Positions 47,935 to 60,511 of a stretch of 64,000 nt of DNA are shown here, piece by piece. Under the pieces are notes generated by a model. The model ran no database searches, was not told the DNA's origin, and saw only the letters and a list, made by a program, of their open reading frames with translations. The position numbers were made by a program, and so were the translations under genes. Origin of the DNA: Macrostomum lignano (lineage: Eukaryota); the NCBI GenBank assembly GCA_002269645.1, contig NIVC01000656.1, positions 62,001-126,000 on the forward strand, given 5' to 3'. The first letter of the stretch is position 1; every line of letters starts with the position of its first letter.

Positions 47935-50900
47935 TTAACAAACGTTGACGCCAGACTGGTCCCGCCGCATCAGAGCGTCGGTGCTGAGCCGGATGGCCTG
48001 CTCGCGCACTCTGGCCGGGGTGAGGAAAGCCACCAGGCCGGTCTCGCGCAGCAGGCCCAGCAGGTAGCCGGCGGCTTTGTCTGGCTGCTCCTCAATCAGC
48101 ATGCCGTCGGCTTCGTCAACGATGAGGTATTCAGTTTTGGATGGATCGCATCGGGCGTTCATGGCGACCAGGCTTTTGGTTTGGTATTTGCCTAGCGACC
48201 CGGTGAGTAGGAATGTCTGATGAGGGGTGGGGATGGTGGGGGCTTGAACTGATGATTTGGGTCAAATGCAGCATGTAGCAAGCCTGAGGATTTGAAGGCT
48301 GGCCCAGCAACTGACACTCTGGGAGGCTGGCCCAGCAACTGAGGATCTGAGAGGCTGGCTCAGCAACTGACACTCTGGGAGGCTGACCCAGCAACAAAGA
48401 ATCTGAGAGGCTGGCCCAGAAACTGAGGATCTGGGAGGCTGGCCCTGCAACTGAGGACTGGGAGGCTGGCCCAGTAACTGAGGATCTGGGAAGCCGGCCC
48501 AGCAACTGAGAATCTGGGAGGCTGGCCCAGCAACTGAGAATCTGGGGGGCTGGCCCAGCAACTGAGAATCTGGGGGGCTGGCCCAGCAACTGAGAATCTG
48601 GGGGCTGGCCCAGCAACTGAGGATCTGGGAGGCTGGCCTAGCAACTGAGGACTGGGAAGCTGGCCCAGCAACTGAGAATCCGAGAGGCTGGCCCAGCAAC
48701 TGAGAATCTGAGAGGCTGGCCCAGAAACTGAGAGTCTGGGAGGCTGGCCCAGCAACTGAAAATCTGACAGTCTGGCCCAGCAACTGAGAATCTGGGAGGC
48801 TGACCCAGCAACTGAGAATCTGAGAGGCTGGCCCAGCAACTGAGCCCGTCATACCTGCACAGGAAGAGTCCTGCCACCCCGTTGAATGCCCAGGTCGGGC
48901 CGCTGGTTGTAGGCCTGAATGAAGCCGGCCACATTAGGCAGGCAGAGGCTCAGCAGGTGCCGCCTGTACCGCTCGATGAGATCAACGCTCTCCGACTCGG
49001 TATGGCCAAACCAGTGCATCTCCAAGGCTCGCTGGGCGCTAATTGTCAATACCCCGTGCTTCAGCCTGTCCCACTCGGCATTGTAGTTGGCGAACAGCCA
49101 GTTATAATAGGTATTGTCCGAGTGAGCGTTCGCGTTAACTAGGAACAGGCCGAGTACGCGCTCCGAATGACGCAGCGCATGGCGCGCCAAAATATTGGCG
49201 CCGGCGCCAATTCCTACGCCAACAAAGCAGGATATGCTGTAGGCTTGAACTACAGACTGCAGCATCTCGGCTAGCTGGTCTAGGCTGGGGTAGGACGGGC
49301 TGTGGGAATGGGTGCAGGTAGGGGTAGTGAGTATAAGTAAAAGTAGTAGTAGTAATAGCAGTAATAGTAGTAACAATAATAATAACAATAAAAAAATGAA
49401 AATATTAGTAGTATTAGTAGCAGTTGTAGTAGTAGATTCATAATTAATTTTAAATTATCTTATGTTTTAGCTCTTGCTATATAAATAAGGGTCCCCGGGT
49501 TCGATTCCCCGGGCGGCCACACTAATCTGGGCTCAACTTACACAGTGCCCCTTCCTTGTCCATAGACGGCATAGCTAGTATTAGAGGCCGATCCATTAGT
49601 GGCAGCGGCTCCACCCCCACTGCCAAGGAGGCCTTCGCGAACGCTGCCTCTGAAAAGATGCACACGATGATTAGAACAGATTGAAGTGCGAGTAGTTTAA
49701 CTATGACACAAAATTATACAAAGCAATTAAAATATGCCACGTTTAAATTGTTAGCCAAATAGTAAATAAATTAGGCAAATTTAATTATCTATACCAGGCG
49801 AATATGATTTATTAATAATTTGTCAGACACAGCACAATAATTACCTGTACAGATCACTGAAAATAATATTTTTCAGTACAAAATCATTTTCAACCAATAT
49901 TCAGCTGGTGTCACTAACACGGCAATAAACTTTCATGATTTTATCAAAACTGACTTCTTCTCCGCTTAAGGAGCATTTAAAAATTAAGAACTTTTAAACA
50001 TTAGGGAATTAGAGAAGGTTAGTGATGACAGGGCAGTTTGAGGGGTAGATTGTTGATGACAGGGCAGTTTGGGGTATATTGTTGATGACAGGGCAGTTTG
50101 GGGGTATATTGTTGATGACAGGGCAGTTTGAGGGGTGGATTGTTGATGACAGGGCAGTTTGAGGCCTGAGGGGTAGATTGTTGATGACAGGGCAGTTTGG
50201 GAGGTAGATTGTTGATGACAAGGCAGTTTGGGGGGTATATTGTTGATGACAGGGCAGTTTGAGAGGTAGATTGTTGATGACAGGGCAGTTTGAGAGGTAG
50301 ATTGTTGATGACAGGGCAGTTTGAGAGGTAGATTGTTGATGACAGGGCAGTTTGAGAGGTAGATTGTTTATGACAGGGCAGTTTGAGAGGTAGATTGTTG
50401 ATGACAGGGCAGTTTGAGAGGTGGATTGTTGATGACAGGGCAGTTTGAGGCCTGAGGGGTAGATTGTTGATGACAGGGCAGTTTGGGAGGTAGATTGTTG
50501 ATGACAAGGCAGTTTGGGGGGTATATTGTTGATGACAGGGCAGTTTGAGAGGTAGATTGTTGATGACAGGGCAGTTTGAGAGGTAGATTGTTGATGACAG
50601 GGCAGTTTGAGAGGTAGATTGTTGATGACAGGGCAGTTTGGGGGGTAGATTGTTTATGACAGAGCAGCAGTTTGAAGGGTTGATTGTTGATGACAGGGCA
50701 GTTTGAGGGGTAGATTGTTTATGACAGGGCAGTTTGAGGGGTTGATTGTTTATGACAGAGCAGTTTGAAGGGTTGATTGTTTATGACAGGGCAGTTTGAA
50801 GTAGATTACTTTTATCTCAAGGATTTATTTCTGTGGATTTGAACATTCAACCGTAAATGAACAAAAGTTGCATAATTACAGATTTGAGAATTATAACAGA

Positions 50901-52986
50901 CAAAATTACGACTTTGTATAAATTCCTTAAATTCGGTAAAAATTTGCATTACGAGCAACTTTAAAGCAACATTTTTGCTACATACATTTTGGTTAGAACT
51001 AATATAATGAATCACCCAGTGCGCAACAATCTCTCAGACAGAAGAATGAGAAGATATAACAGTGCACGTTATTTAATTAAAATAAACAAGTGCTTAGCGG
51101 CCGCGAGCATCTAAGGCAACAATAAATATTGGACTATAAAACAATTATCAGAATACTTTTCTCACCCTTCAGGATCGTCGGAAACAATCACCCTTTAAAA
51201 ATAAGTTGTTTTATATGCGCGATGTAAGTAATTCACAATTTTATACAAGCTAACAACACATGGTAACAACAGGCATTATTCATAACACAACGAATAACAT
51301 GCTTGGGCGCAACCTAGGGAATCACCCGGCTGTTTCTATTGGCAACACACACATGTAAGTCGCTATTGGCTGAGAGCAGCCACGTGACGACTATTCTGTC
51401 CAATAGCGACTTGTAGTGTGTGTTGCCAATAGAAACGGCCGGGTGAATCCCTCCCTACGTTGCGCATGAATGAGTCGAAGAATTTAAAGAATAAAACTAC
51501 AACTAATAAAATCAAACACTCACTCGGACGCCACCGGGCCAGCAGTGTCGTGGTGACCAGGCGCGCACACGTGATAGACGGTGAAGTAGTCCATGATCAC
51601 GCGCATGTCCGGGTGATTGAAGAATCTCAATAGGGAGCGATCTTGCGCGTGTGACAGGTGTTAAAGGCGTGCGATTTAGTAATTATTTAGTGTCTTTGAA
51701 AAGGGCAAGGTTGGATATGCTGTAGGGTTGGAGCGAATATGCTGTAGGTAGGGGGCGGATATGCTGTAGGTAGGGGGCGGATATGCTGTAGGTAGGAGGC
51801 GGATATGCTGTAGGTAGGGGGCGGATATGCTGTAGGTAGGGGCAGATATGCTGTAGGTAGGGGCAGATATGCTGTAGGTAGGGGCAGATATGCTGTAGGT
51901 AGGGCCGAATATTCTGAATCTGAAGGGACGGAGATGCTGTAGGGGTGGATGGGTATGCTGTAAGGGCGGATGGATGTGCTGTAGGCGCCGATGGGTATGT
52001 TGTAAGTGGCGGATGAGTATGCTGTAAGGACGGATGGATATGCTTTAGGGGCGGATGAGTATGCAGCTATGCTGTAAGGACGGTTGGATATGCTTTAGGG
52101 GCGGATGAGTATGCAGCTATGCTGTAAGGGCGGATGGGTATGCTGTAGGGGCGGATGAGTATGCAGCTATGCTGTAAGGACGGATGGATATGCTTTAGGG
52201 GCGGATGAGTATGCAGCTATGCTGTAAGGGCGGATGGGTATGCTGTAGGGGCGGATGAGTATGCAGCTATGCTGTAAGGGCGGATGGATATGCTGTAGGG
52301 GCGGATGAGTATGCAGCTATGCTGTGAGGGCGGATGGATATGCTGTAGGGGCGGATGAGTATGCAGCTATGCTGTAAGGGCGGATGGATATGCTGCAGGG
52401 GCGGATGAGTATGCAGCTATGCTGTAAGGACGGATGGATATGCTTTAGGGGCGGATGAGTATGCAGCTATGCTGTAAGGGCGGATGGGTATGCTGTAGGG
52501 GCGGATGAGTATGCAGCTATGCTGTAAGGGCGGATGGATATGCTTTAGGGGCGGATGAGTATGCAGCTATGCTGTAAGGGCGGATGGGTATGCTGTAGGG
52601 GCGGATGAGTATGCAGCTATGCTGTAAGGGCGGATGGATATGCTGTAGGGGCGGATGGATATGCTGTAGGTACAGCGGATATATGCTGACAGATAAATGT
52701 AAAGGGTGACGAAATCTGTTTTAAAAGTTTAGCAAAACTAACGATTAGTTCCCAAATCGTGATAGGTGATGATAGACCCGCAGCACTTGCTGCCCCTATG
52801 CACGTAGACACGCAGGGGGACGCCAAACTCAGTGACAATTTCGCGCTCCTCTAAGCCAGGATAGATTTCAGTCTCGATGCCATTAGCCCCATCAGAACCA
52901 TTGGCTCCATTCAGTCCGTGCAGTTCAATGCCCTGAAAGTCTATCTGCACTTGCTCATTGGATGCCAGATTGTCGCTGTATTCCAT
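47935..52986 (-). CDS. NDRG: NDRG/Ndr-family alpha/beta-hydrolase-fold protein, 362 aa. Exons 52986-52743, 51641-51524, 49299-48855, 48216-47935
   Basis: IITYHDLGTNH..FFNHPDM..YHVCAPG..YPSLDQLAEML..GVGIGAGANILARHAL..RPDLGI..EQPDKAA. Four GT-AG exons total 1089 nt with an intact frame. The paralogue number cannot be assigned. Confidence 0.93.
48285..48843. repeat. ~28-bp minisatellite (gggaggctggcccagcaactgagaatct) in NDRG intron 3
   Basis: About 20 copies. The same family occurs at 63545-63900 in opposite orientation. Confidence 0.96.
49490..49700 (+). mobile_element. 5'-truncated tRNA-related SINE-like fragment in NDRG intron 2
   Basis: T-arm/B-box ccgggttcgattccccgg followed by a GC-rich body in AT-rich intron sequence. 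No A-box half. Confidence 0.45.
50015..50800. repeat. 31-bp minisatellite (tagattgttgatgacagggcagtttgagagg) in NDRG intron 2
   Basis: About 25 copies. Confidence 0.96.
51298..51472. mobile_element. Hairpin MITE with P-like ends in NDRG intron 2
   Basis: Near-perfect ~49-bp inverted repeat (51321-51369 vs 51400-51448). The right end gttgcgcatgaatg matches the TIR of the 22985 element. Confidence 0.7.
51710..52690. repeat. Composite 20-21 bp / ~49-bp higher-order minisatellite in NDRG intron 1
   Basis: ggatatgctgtaggtagggg monomers grade into an alternating dimer, ggcggatgagtatgcagctatgctgtaag + ggcggatggatatgctgtagg. Confidence 0.94.
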
Positions 52987-53479
52987 TAGCTAGACTGTTT
53001 GAGACTGCACCTGGAAATCTATTAGGTAAATGAATATGTGATAGACTAATGCTAGAAATCGTCTCTTGTCAAGTACATACTATACTCTGTTATAAATGAA
53101 TAAAGCCGTGGGCACCATGGCACAACAACCTTAAGCAAAATATCTCCCAAATAACACTAAGGCAATTCTGCTGACTCTAAACCAGCACAACCAACACGAG
53201 GTCTAATTTCTAATTTTTAGGCATGTACAACCTGTGTCTTGAGGGTTGGTTTTACTAAAGGTATGGTTTGCATCATGTAAAAAAACTCTAAACAATTTTT
53301 AAAGCACTGGTTCAGAGTTGCCATATATAGACTTGAAACTAACAATTGTATTTAAAGAGTTAAAAATATGCTAAATATTAAGCATATCTGCCATTCTAAA
53401 ATATTTTTCAAATAGATTAATTTAGCAAAAAATATAAAAGCACCTACAATCAATTAGCCATTAGTAATGAAAAACCTAT

Positions 53480-54560
53480 AACCTACTACCTTCAGGCTTC
53501 ATATCAGATCAGGTGCCTAATTAATATGGCGCATGACTAAGACCGCCACACACTAAGACTGCCACAGCTTGACTTATTTGACTTAGCTGCAGGGCTCTCC
53601 TAGGGGGACACAGTGGGAAGGCGCAAGCACCCATTCTGCTAATTCCTGAATGGCTGAGGCGTCGCTATGGACAAAGGATTGGCACTGCCCTAGGAGGTCC
53701 CCCAGTGTTGCCAGCAGCTATAGTGCTCTCTGGAAAGGAGAGTTCAGCCCTGCAGGTGGCCCGGAAGTAGGTTCAGGACTGAGAGAGGCGCCAGAGGCGC
53801 CAACTTTTGCAAGGGCATCAGCCAACTCATTCCCTTGGATCCCCACATGCCCTGGAACCCACTTAAGGGTGATTTTGTTGGTGGAGCCCAACATGTTAAA
53901 GAGTTTGATACAGTCGAAGACTGTAGCAGAATTGGTACTACAGCCACTAATGGCGTGCAAGGCAGCTTGGCTGTCTGAATAGAAAATGATGTTATGCCAG
54001 TGGTGAGAAGCTTTGCAATATAGGAGCTGATGGTGAGAACTTCATTTTGGAAGACATTGGAATTGACCCCAGTGTACTGAGTGTGGGTTGCAATGACCTT
54101 TTCAAAAATATTCCAACACCAAAAACGGTGTTGGCTGACTGCTTAGAACTGTCAGTGTAGCAATGAAGCTTACCATGGTTCCAGGTAGCACTAACCTAGA
54201 CAACCAAGGCGTATGTAATGGCAGGTCTAATTACGGAAATGTAGATCCACCAAAGACACATTAGGGATAGACCCTAAGAAGTGCCAAGTGCTTTTTGGAG
54301 CTGCGCCAGGATGGCTGTGGACACTTGGCTTTTGCTTTCATGTGGAAGGACCAGTTGAGCCGGTGGTCAAGTATGACCCCAAGACATCTGGTCTAGTGTG
54401 CAAAGGTTTACTAGCTACTGGTATTGAGGGGGAGCCACACTCTGGATCATGTAGTATATATACCCGAAAATTTGGGTATGCATTGGCTTTGCATGCCAAA
54501 AGTAGACATGCATAGTTGGCATTCATCACTCCTAAGAAAATAAACCTAGTGTGCACTTTA
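53480..54560 (-). mobile_element. Decayed non-LTR retrotransposon fragment with an RNase H domain
   Basis: The minus strand reads CYTDSSK..NIIFYSDSQAALHAI..ITLKWVPGHVGIQGNELADALAK, typical LINE-type RNase H. Frameshifted; boundaries approximate. Confidence 0.88.
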
Positions 54561-57500
54561 TAGAATCACGCAGAAGAGTTATTGTAAAGTAGAAAAAAGG
54601 TAAAAAAAGTTCATTTTTAAGTGTTAATTTCCTACTTTCTGGCTTTTGAAGCTTATAATAAGGCATTTAAACACATCTTTATGTGTATCAATTTTCCACT
54701 AGAAATAGTGTCACCAAAAAAGCCAAAAAAATTAACCAAATTATCTGTCAAAAAGGGTCATTTATTGTCGCAACACCAGTGGAGTTTTAAGAATAGGTGT
54801 GCACCCAAATTTTTGGTATGCATTTGTAACTATCAATTTTTGTTCAGGCATGCACCTAGCATGATCCAGATTATAGAGGGGAGCTACCAATCTTCTAGCA
54901 TTGCTATTTCTCTCATAGGTTCCTTTCTTGCAACCTTGTTCTACTGGTTCTCTTACCTATTCATATCCTTTCTAGCATTATCTAATAACACATTAAGCCA
55001 AATTTCTCCCCTAGCTAGCTTCTCCAAATGTGGCAGTCTTGGTATGTAGTAGTCTTGGTCTTACACCATTAATATTTTTGTTTCTAATGATAAATAGACA
55101 ATGTTTAGCAGCTTTTTATTATTTATGAATGATATTACATTAAAACTATAACTATAAACCTGGTGGCCTGTTGATTGATTAGATATAGGGGGGCTTAAGG
55201 GATATAAAATTATAGTTTTGATTATTTATTGTATCAAGCAGTATTTTATATAATAATATAATATATTATATTATATATTGATGATTATTTATATATTTGA
55301 TACAATGATCAGATCTATGTTTATTTATTATTATAAAAACATAATAAAAACAACATATAATTTGTGCAACAATGGCTAATCATGATTAATGATAGTTGAT
55401 TTCAATTGTTGGAAAGTAGGCCTATTTTGAATTTCCTTGTGCCATAAGCTTTATAAGCGGCATAAGCCTATAATAAAAATAATTAGTTATTAGGCCCTAA
55501 GTTATTTCATTATTTTTATAAAATAATTGAAGACCTTTAGGTTATGACTAATTTTTTTGTCAAATATATATACATATATTAAGTAAATGGAGCAAAGGTC
55601 TAGACTATGCCAGATTGATTGCTTAACACCTTTCTCTTATATGCCCAAGTCTAGACTATCTGTCTATAGCTATACTATACTACTAGATAGGCCTACAAAT
55701 TTGTTATTTTGTTATAGATGACACTATCTACAATAATGATTATTTATTGTAATAGGGAATAGGGATAGATAGGCATGTCCAGAAAAATAGCCTTGATGGC
55801 TGAAGCCATCTGAGTCATTACAAGAATGCTGCTTTAAAATTATTAATAGGCCTAACTAGGATTACATCATATATGTGCAGGGCCCCTCCTAATTTCTTTA
55901 TAAAATAGTCACCATTTAGTCAATTTGAATTCACGCCAAAACTAAGAAACATATTTTGTTTTAATACTCGTATTTTCTATAATATTTTGCACTAACAAAT
56001 TTTTGTTTAAAACTGTAGCAAATTTTAGTATAAATAGAAGCGTTTTTGGCAGAGGAGAGACCAACCTCGCGCATCGCAGTTCAATAATAAAACAGTTGAT
56101 AGCTAATAGTAAGAGTTCCAAGAAAATAAGAATTGAAGAAGTGTTTTCTGTGTTAATTCCTTTTAAGAAGTAAGAGTGAAGTAGACGGAAGTGTGTACCG
56201 TATATACTACTGAGAAGGAAAGTGTCAAGTAGTAAGAAGTTGCGAAGTAGATCTGAAGTAATACATGTAAGAATAATGGAGGCTGTGACCCTCTGATCTT
56301 GGTAACGCCCAAGGACTTGCAAAGTACATGAAATACATATACCAGTAAGCCAAAATACCGCTCAGGCCATTATTAAATAGAATGCTACCAGAATAATCAG
56401 AAGAGTAAAATTTTTCAGGGCTAATAGTTTTTCTAAGAATAATACTCAGACTAAATACTCAGACCTATTCTAAGAAACATTTCTCAGATTATTCTAATAT
56501 TGATAAACTCATAATTTATTAATAGAATAATCTTGGTGGCAGCTACCAACCTAAGAACACTTAAAAGATTAGTAAATTAGCCCTGTAACAGCTTGGTGGC
56601 TAATTGGTGGGATTTTGTATCGTACAGGAACACCACTTTGACAACTTGGTGGCAGCGAGTAAAACTAGGCCTAGAAAGAGAATAATTAAGAGCCCTGGGA
56701 CAGCTTTTGGTACTAGCGATAGGATATTATTAAGAAGGAAGAATCACCCCTGTTACAGCTTTTGGTGTCTTAGCGGTGGGATTCTCAGTGTACAGGAAAC
56801 ACCCCTGTTACAGCTTTTGGTGTCAGCGGTAGAGATTTTCTAGAGAGAGCTGAAACCCCTAGTACAACTTTAGTGACAGCTGTGGAATCATTTGTAGGGA
56901 CAGAAGTTACCCCCTAGTACATATATAGAACAAAAAATGAGAAAAGTGCACAGAACATTATGTAGTATTTTTTATTCTACAATTTAATAATCTGAATTAA
57001 ATACCTTTGCTAACAAGTTGAGATCAGATCTGTAATCTGAACCCAGACCATGCAAGTGAAAGGCATACTAAAAGTAGTAACTCGCCTCAGGCCACCGCCA
57101 CTCAGCTTCTACAATGTTAAACCTTGACTCTGAAATTCCATAGATGCTATTGCAATTGCAGAAATAACGTAGGCTAACTTAAACTTTCTAGTTAAAGCCG
57201 GACTGAAACTTCTAGATTTAAATCCGGTAACAATTAGTGATCCCAGTTCGATTTCCACTTTCCTATGTTTTGAATCCACGCGCGACTTAGAGTCAAAGTT
57301 AATCTTAAACAAATGGTGCACAATCGACTTGCTATTGTATAGTAAAATTAGCGATAAAGTAACAAAAAAGTGGTGTCACAAAAAACCATTTGTTTTTAAC
57401 CTAAAAAGTAAGACTTTAAGTCAAATGCTGTGTGTATTTTACCTTTGTATATTTTAAAATGTTATTTTATTTAAAAGATGAATCTCTTTTCGGTTCTTCA

Positions 57501-57674
57501 TTTCTCTCTACTTATTGTGATATTCCGATATTATTTTTATACCATACTATATTTATTTTTTTTATTAAAGTAATTTATTACTATGTCTAAGTCTTATCTA
57601 AATATTATATATAATACTAGGCTACTACTATACAATGTTCATACTGGATAGATACTAAGATACCTAACCTAAGG

Positions 57675-57786
57675 GGCTATCCTGTAGTTTCGCACGTTAA
57701 ATTATTTTACGGAATTTTTTCGCCCTCTATTCAAGGGTGGTGGGGGGTGGGGGTAATAATTTAACGTGCGAAACTACAGGATAGCC
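57675..57786. mobile_element. Merlin-like MITE, 112 bp
   Basis: Perfect 32-bp TIR ggctatcctgtagtttcgcacgttaaattatt. Exact 8-bp TSD acctaagg at 57667-57674 and 57787-57794. GG termini with an 8-bp TSD are typical of Merlin/IS1016. Confidence 0.85.
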
Positions 57787-58204
57787 ACCTAAGGCTATGG
57801 CTAAGTACTAATTAATTCGAATTTAATATACTACTTGTAATGAATACTAGGCATGATGGTTGGCTGTTTGCATCTCAATAAGAGTAATTTAAAAGTTGAT
57901 TTATGACAAGGGGTTTTTAAACATTGAGTAGTTTATTATTGAGGTTATTTTTAAGATTTAAAGGTTATTTATTTTGTTTGACTTACTTACTAAGCCTACC
58001 TATTTAGTATTTATATAGTCTTTATTTATATAGGCCTACTGAAATTTTCATAGTTGTTTAAAACAAATTTTTATAATAATATATAGAAATAACAATCTTT
58101 TTAATATTTTTAGAGTACAGCAGGCTAATACATTAGTGGAATTAAAAAAGTATTTTTTAAAGAATCAATGAACCATATTGTGAAAAGTATAGGCCCTAGT
58201 ATAT

Positions 58205-58700
58205 GCTAGAAAATTCTGGCATACAAAGGCTTTAGCTGGTGTACATCTGGCATACAAATGCTTTAGCTAATGTACATATGGTGTACAAGAAGGAAATATA
58301 ATTTTTTGGCTCAATCATCGGCATGCAATTCTTAACTATACATGTTAAAGTTTGTAACACAGTGTATGTGTCTAGTTGCGTAAATTACACTAAACAATCG
58401 TTTGTTGTAGTAAGGTTAATTTTAAATTTATGACAATAAATTAACCTAGTTTTTTAAATAATATCATTAACTTTTCCATAGTTACTAATAAAAAGTATAC
58501 CTAAGCTAAATCAATTGTATACGTAACTATTTTGTTTTACTAATTATTTTTATTTTTTAATGATATACGTTTCATTTTTCTGCAGAACCATTATTATTTG
58601 CCACATCTAATGCTTGTTACATTGGTTATGTGCTTGTTAATCACACTATGCTTAGTAGCATACAATTTATTAGAACATTTAATTGGTGTAATTTACTAGC
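58205..58700 (+). repeat. Dispersed repeat related to 21330-21970
   Basis: Shared blocks such as tagctgg(c/t)gtaca, aggaaata(c/t)aa and ttttaaa(a)tttgacaataaatt, in the same order. Confidence 0.55.
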
Positions 58701-59035
58701 ATACATTTAAAATGTTGCAAATTGTTGGAAATATTGTCATAATAGTTAACTTTTACCAACACATTTTCAGATGCATCTTCCAATATTTTTTATAACACCA
58801 AAATAAATGCTACAAAAGTCAAAAAGTGTAGTATAATTAACTTTTGCCAACATATCTTGTCAACACTTTTTTTGACACAAATTGTCATTAGCTGAAAAGG
58901 GCTAGAAATAGTAGTATAGGCATTTATAGGATTAACATTATCTTTGCAACAATATTAATAATTTAGGTAGCTATCATAAAATGAGTATTTAAAAAAATGA
59001 TTTGCTTATTAAAATTTTCATTACAACATTATAGG

Positions 59036-60232
59036 CAGTGTTGGGCAAAGTTCCGGCACTTTTGGCACTTTTAGTACCTGAAGTTACTTTTTTTAATATG
59101 GCACTTTTTGTTTTTTTTAGAATGCTGGACTATGGTAAAGTAAGTCCAGTCTTCAAGTACTTAAAAATGAAACTTTAGATCCCAAATGGCCAATTTAGCA
59201 CTAAATATTTCCTAAAAATGCAAAAATTCACCAAAATACCCATAGTACAATTATTTAGAGATAAAAAGGATGATCCTAGATCATGTGCTTTTTACTTTTT
59301 AAGTTAAAGCACATTTTAAGCATTATATACATGTAGAATCATAGAATGAAGTAATTATTGGTAACTACTATTGCTGAAACAAGACATATTGAAAACAATA
59401 AACATCCTTGTTTAACAACTCTGCAAGTTTTCTAAAGTTTTTTGAAAGCTAATTTCTTCATTTCAAAAAATTCATCATAAATGATGCATTCCAAAAGTGT
59501 TTTGACTTTTAACTCATTTGAGGATTATTATTTTCTGATTGCAGCACAATTTAAGGCACTGTACTAATCAAGTCTTGTGCATTGGTCCATCTATCAAATT
59601 CTAGCCATTTGTTGTCTGGTATCTGTTTTGTTAATTGTTAACTAGCATTTCTAAGGCTGCCAGAATATATATTATTATTGATTCTAAATAAAAGTATTAT
59701 ACTACTATAAAAGTATAGCTACTATAAAACTACAATACAACACTATACACTATAGTAGGGCAATGAGAATGGCCCTCACAAACAAAAAGTTGCCTAAAGT
59801 ATTTTGCAGTGATCATTGTGACATATCTATTAGACAAAATTTTCTCTATAATACTTGATCTGAAGAGTCAGAATCAACACTTGAAAATATATATCATCCT
59901 GATATACATGTATTGCTAATCTCTGTTTTGTAAAGGTATTGTTTAGTCACTTAAGTTTTGGATGCAATAATAACAAAAACACTATGTTGCATCTTTATTT
60001 GAGGAATAACAGCCTGTTTAACTCTCTAGACCAACACATGTTTTTTTTCATGAAGACATGTTTAAGTACTTTTTAATTGGTGGTTCTATAAAACTAGAAA
60101 GGACCAGTAATAGAAGTATTAGAAGTTACTTTTTTAAAAGCACCAACCAGAACAAGTGCCAGAAGTTACTTTCCTTGGAACTAGAAGTTATTTAACTAGA
60201 AGTTACTTTTCCAAAGTAACTTGCCAACACTG
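59036..60232. mobile_element. Non-autonomous hAT-type element, 1197 bp, related to the 3432 MITE
   Basis: Ends cagtgttgggcaaagtt / aagtaacttgccaacactg. Exact 8-bp TSD attatagg at 59028-59035 and 60233-60240. agaagttactttt subterminal repeats. Confidence 0.88.
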
Positions 60233-60511
60233 ATTATAGGTAATTTGTTTCTTACAACAATGTCATTTAGATACTCGTAGCAGACTTTTCACTCCTAGTT
60301 CTTTTTTCTATTAAAGTTTTTTCATTCAGTGTGAAGAATACCTTACCAAAAATAGATTTTATATTGAGTTCTATACTTTGATTGCAAAACAGGATTTGAA
60401 TGATGCCTTATTTTAGATATTTGTGTCTAAAATAATATAACAGAAGAAAGAAATAAGCAAGCCAATTATTTCGTAAATAAAATTTTTCAATAAATTATTG
60501 TGATCTTTCAG

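Noticed and set aside
55942-57321. Short minus-strand ORFs (126 aa and 70 aa)
   Set aside because: Non-ATG starts, no recognisable motif and no convincing splice context.
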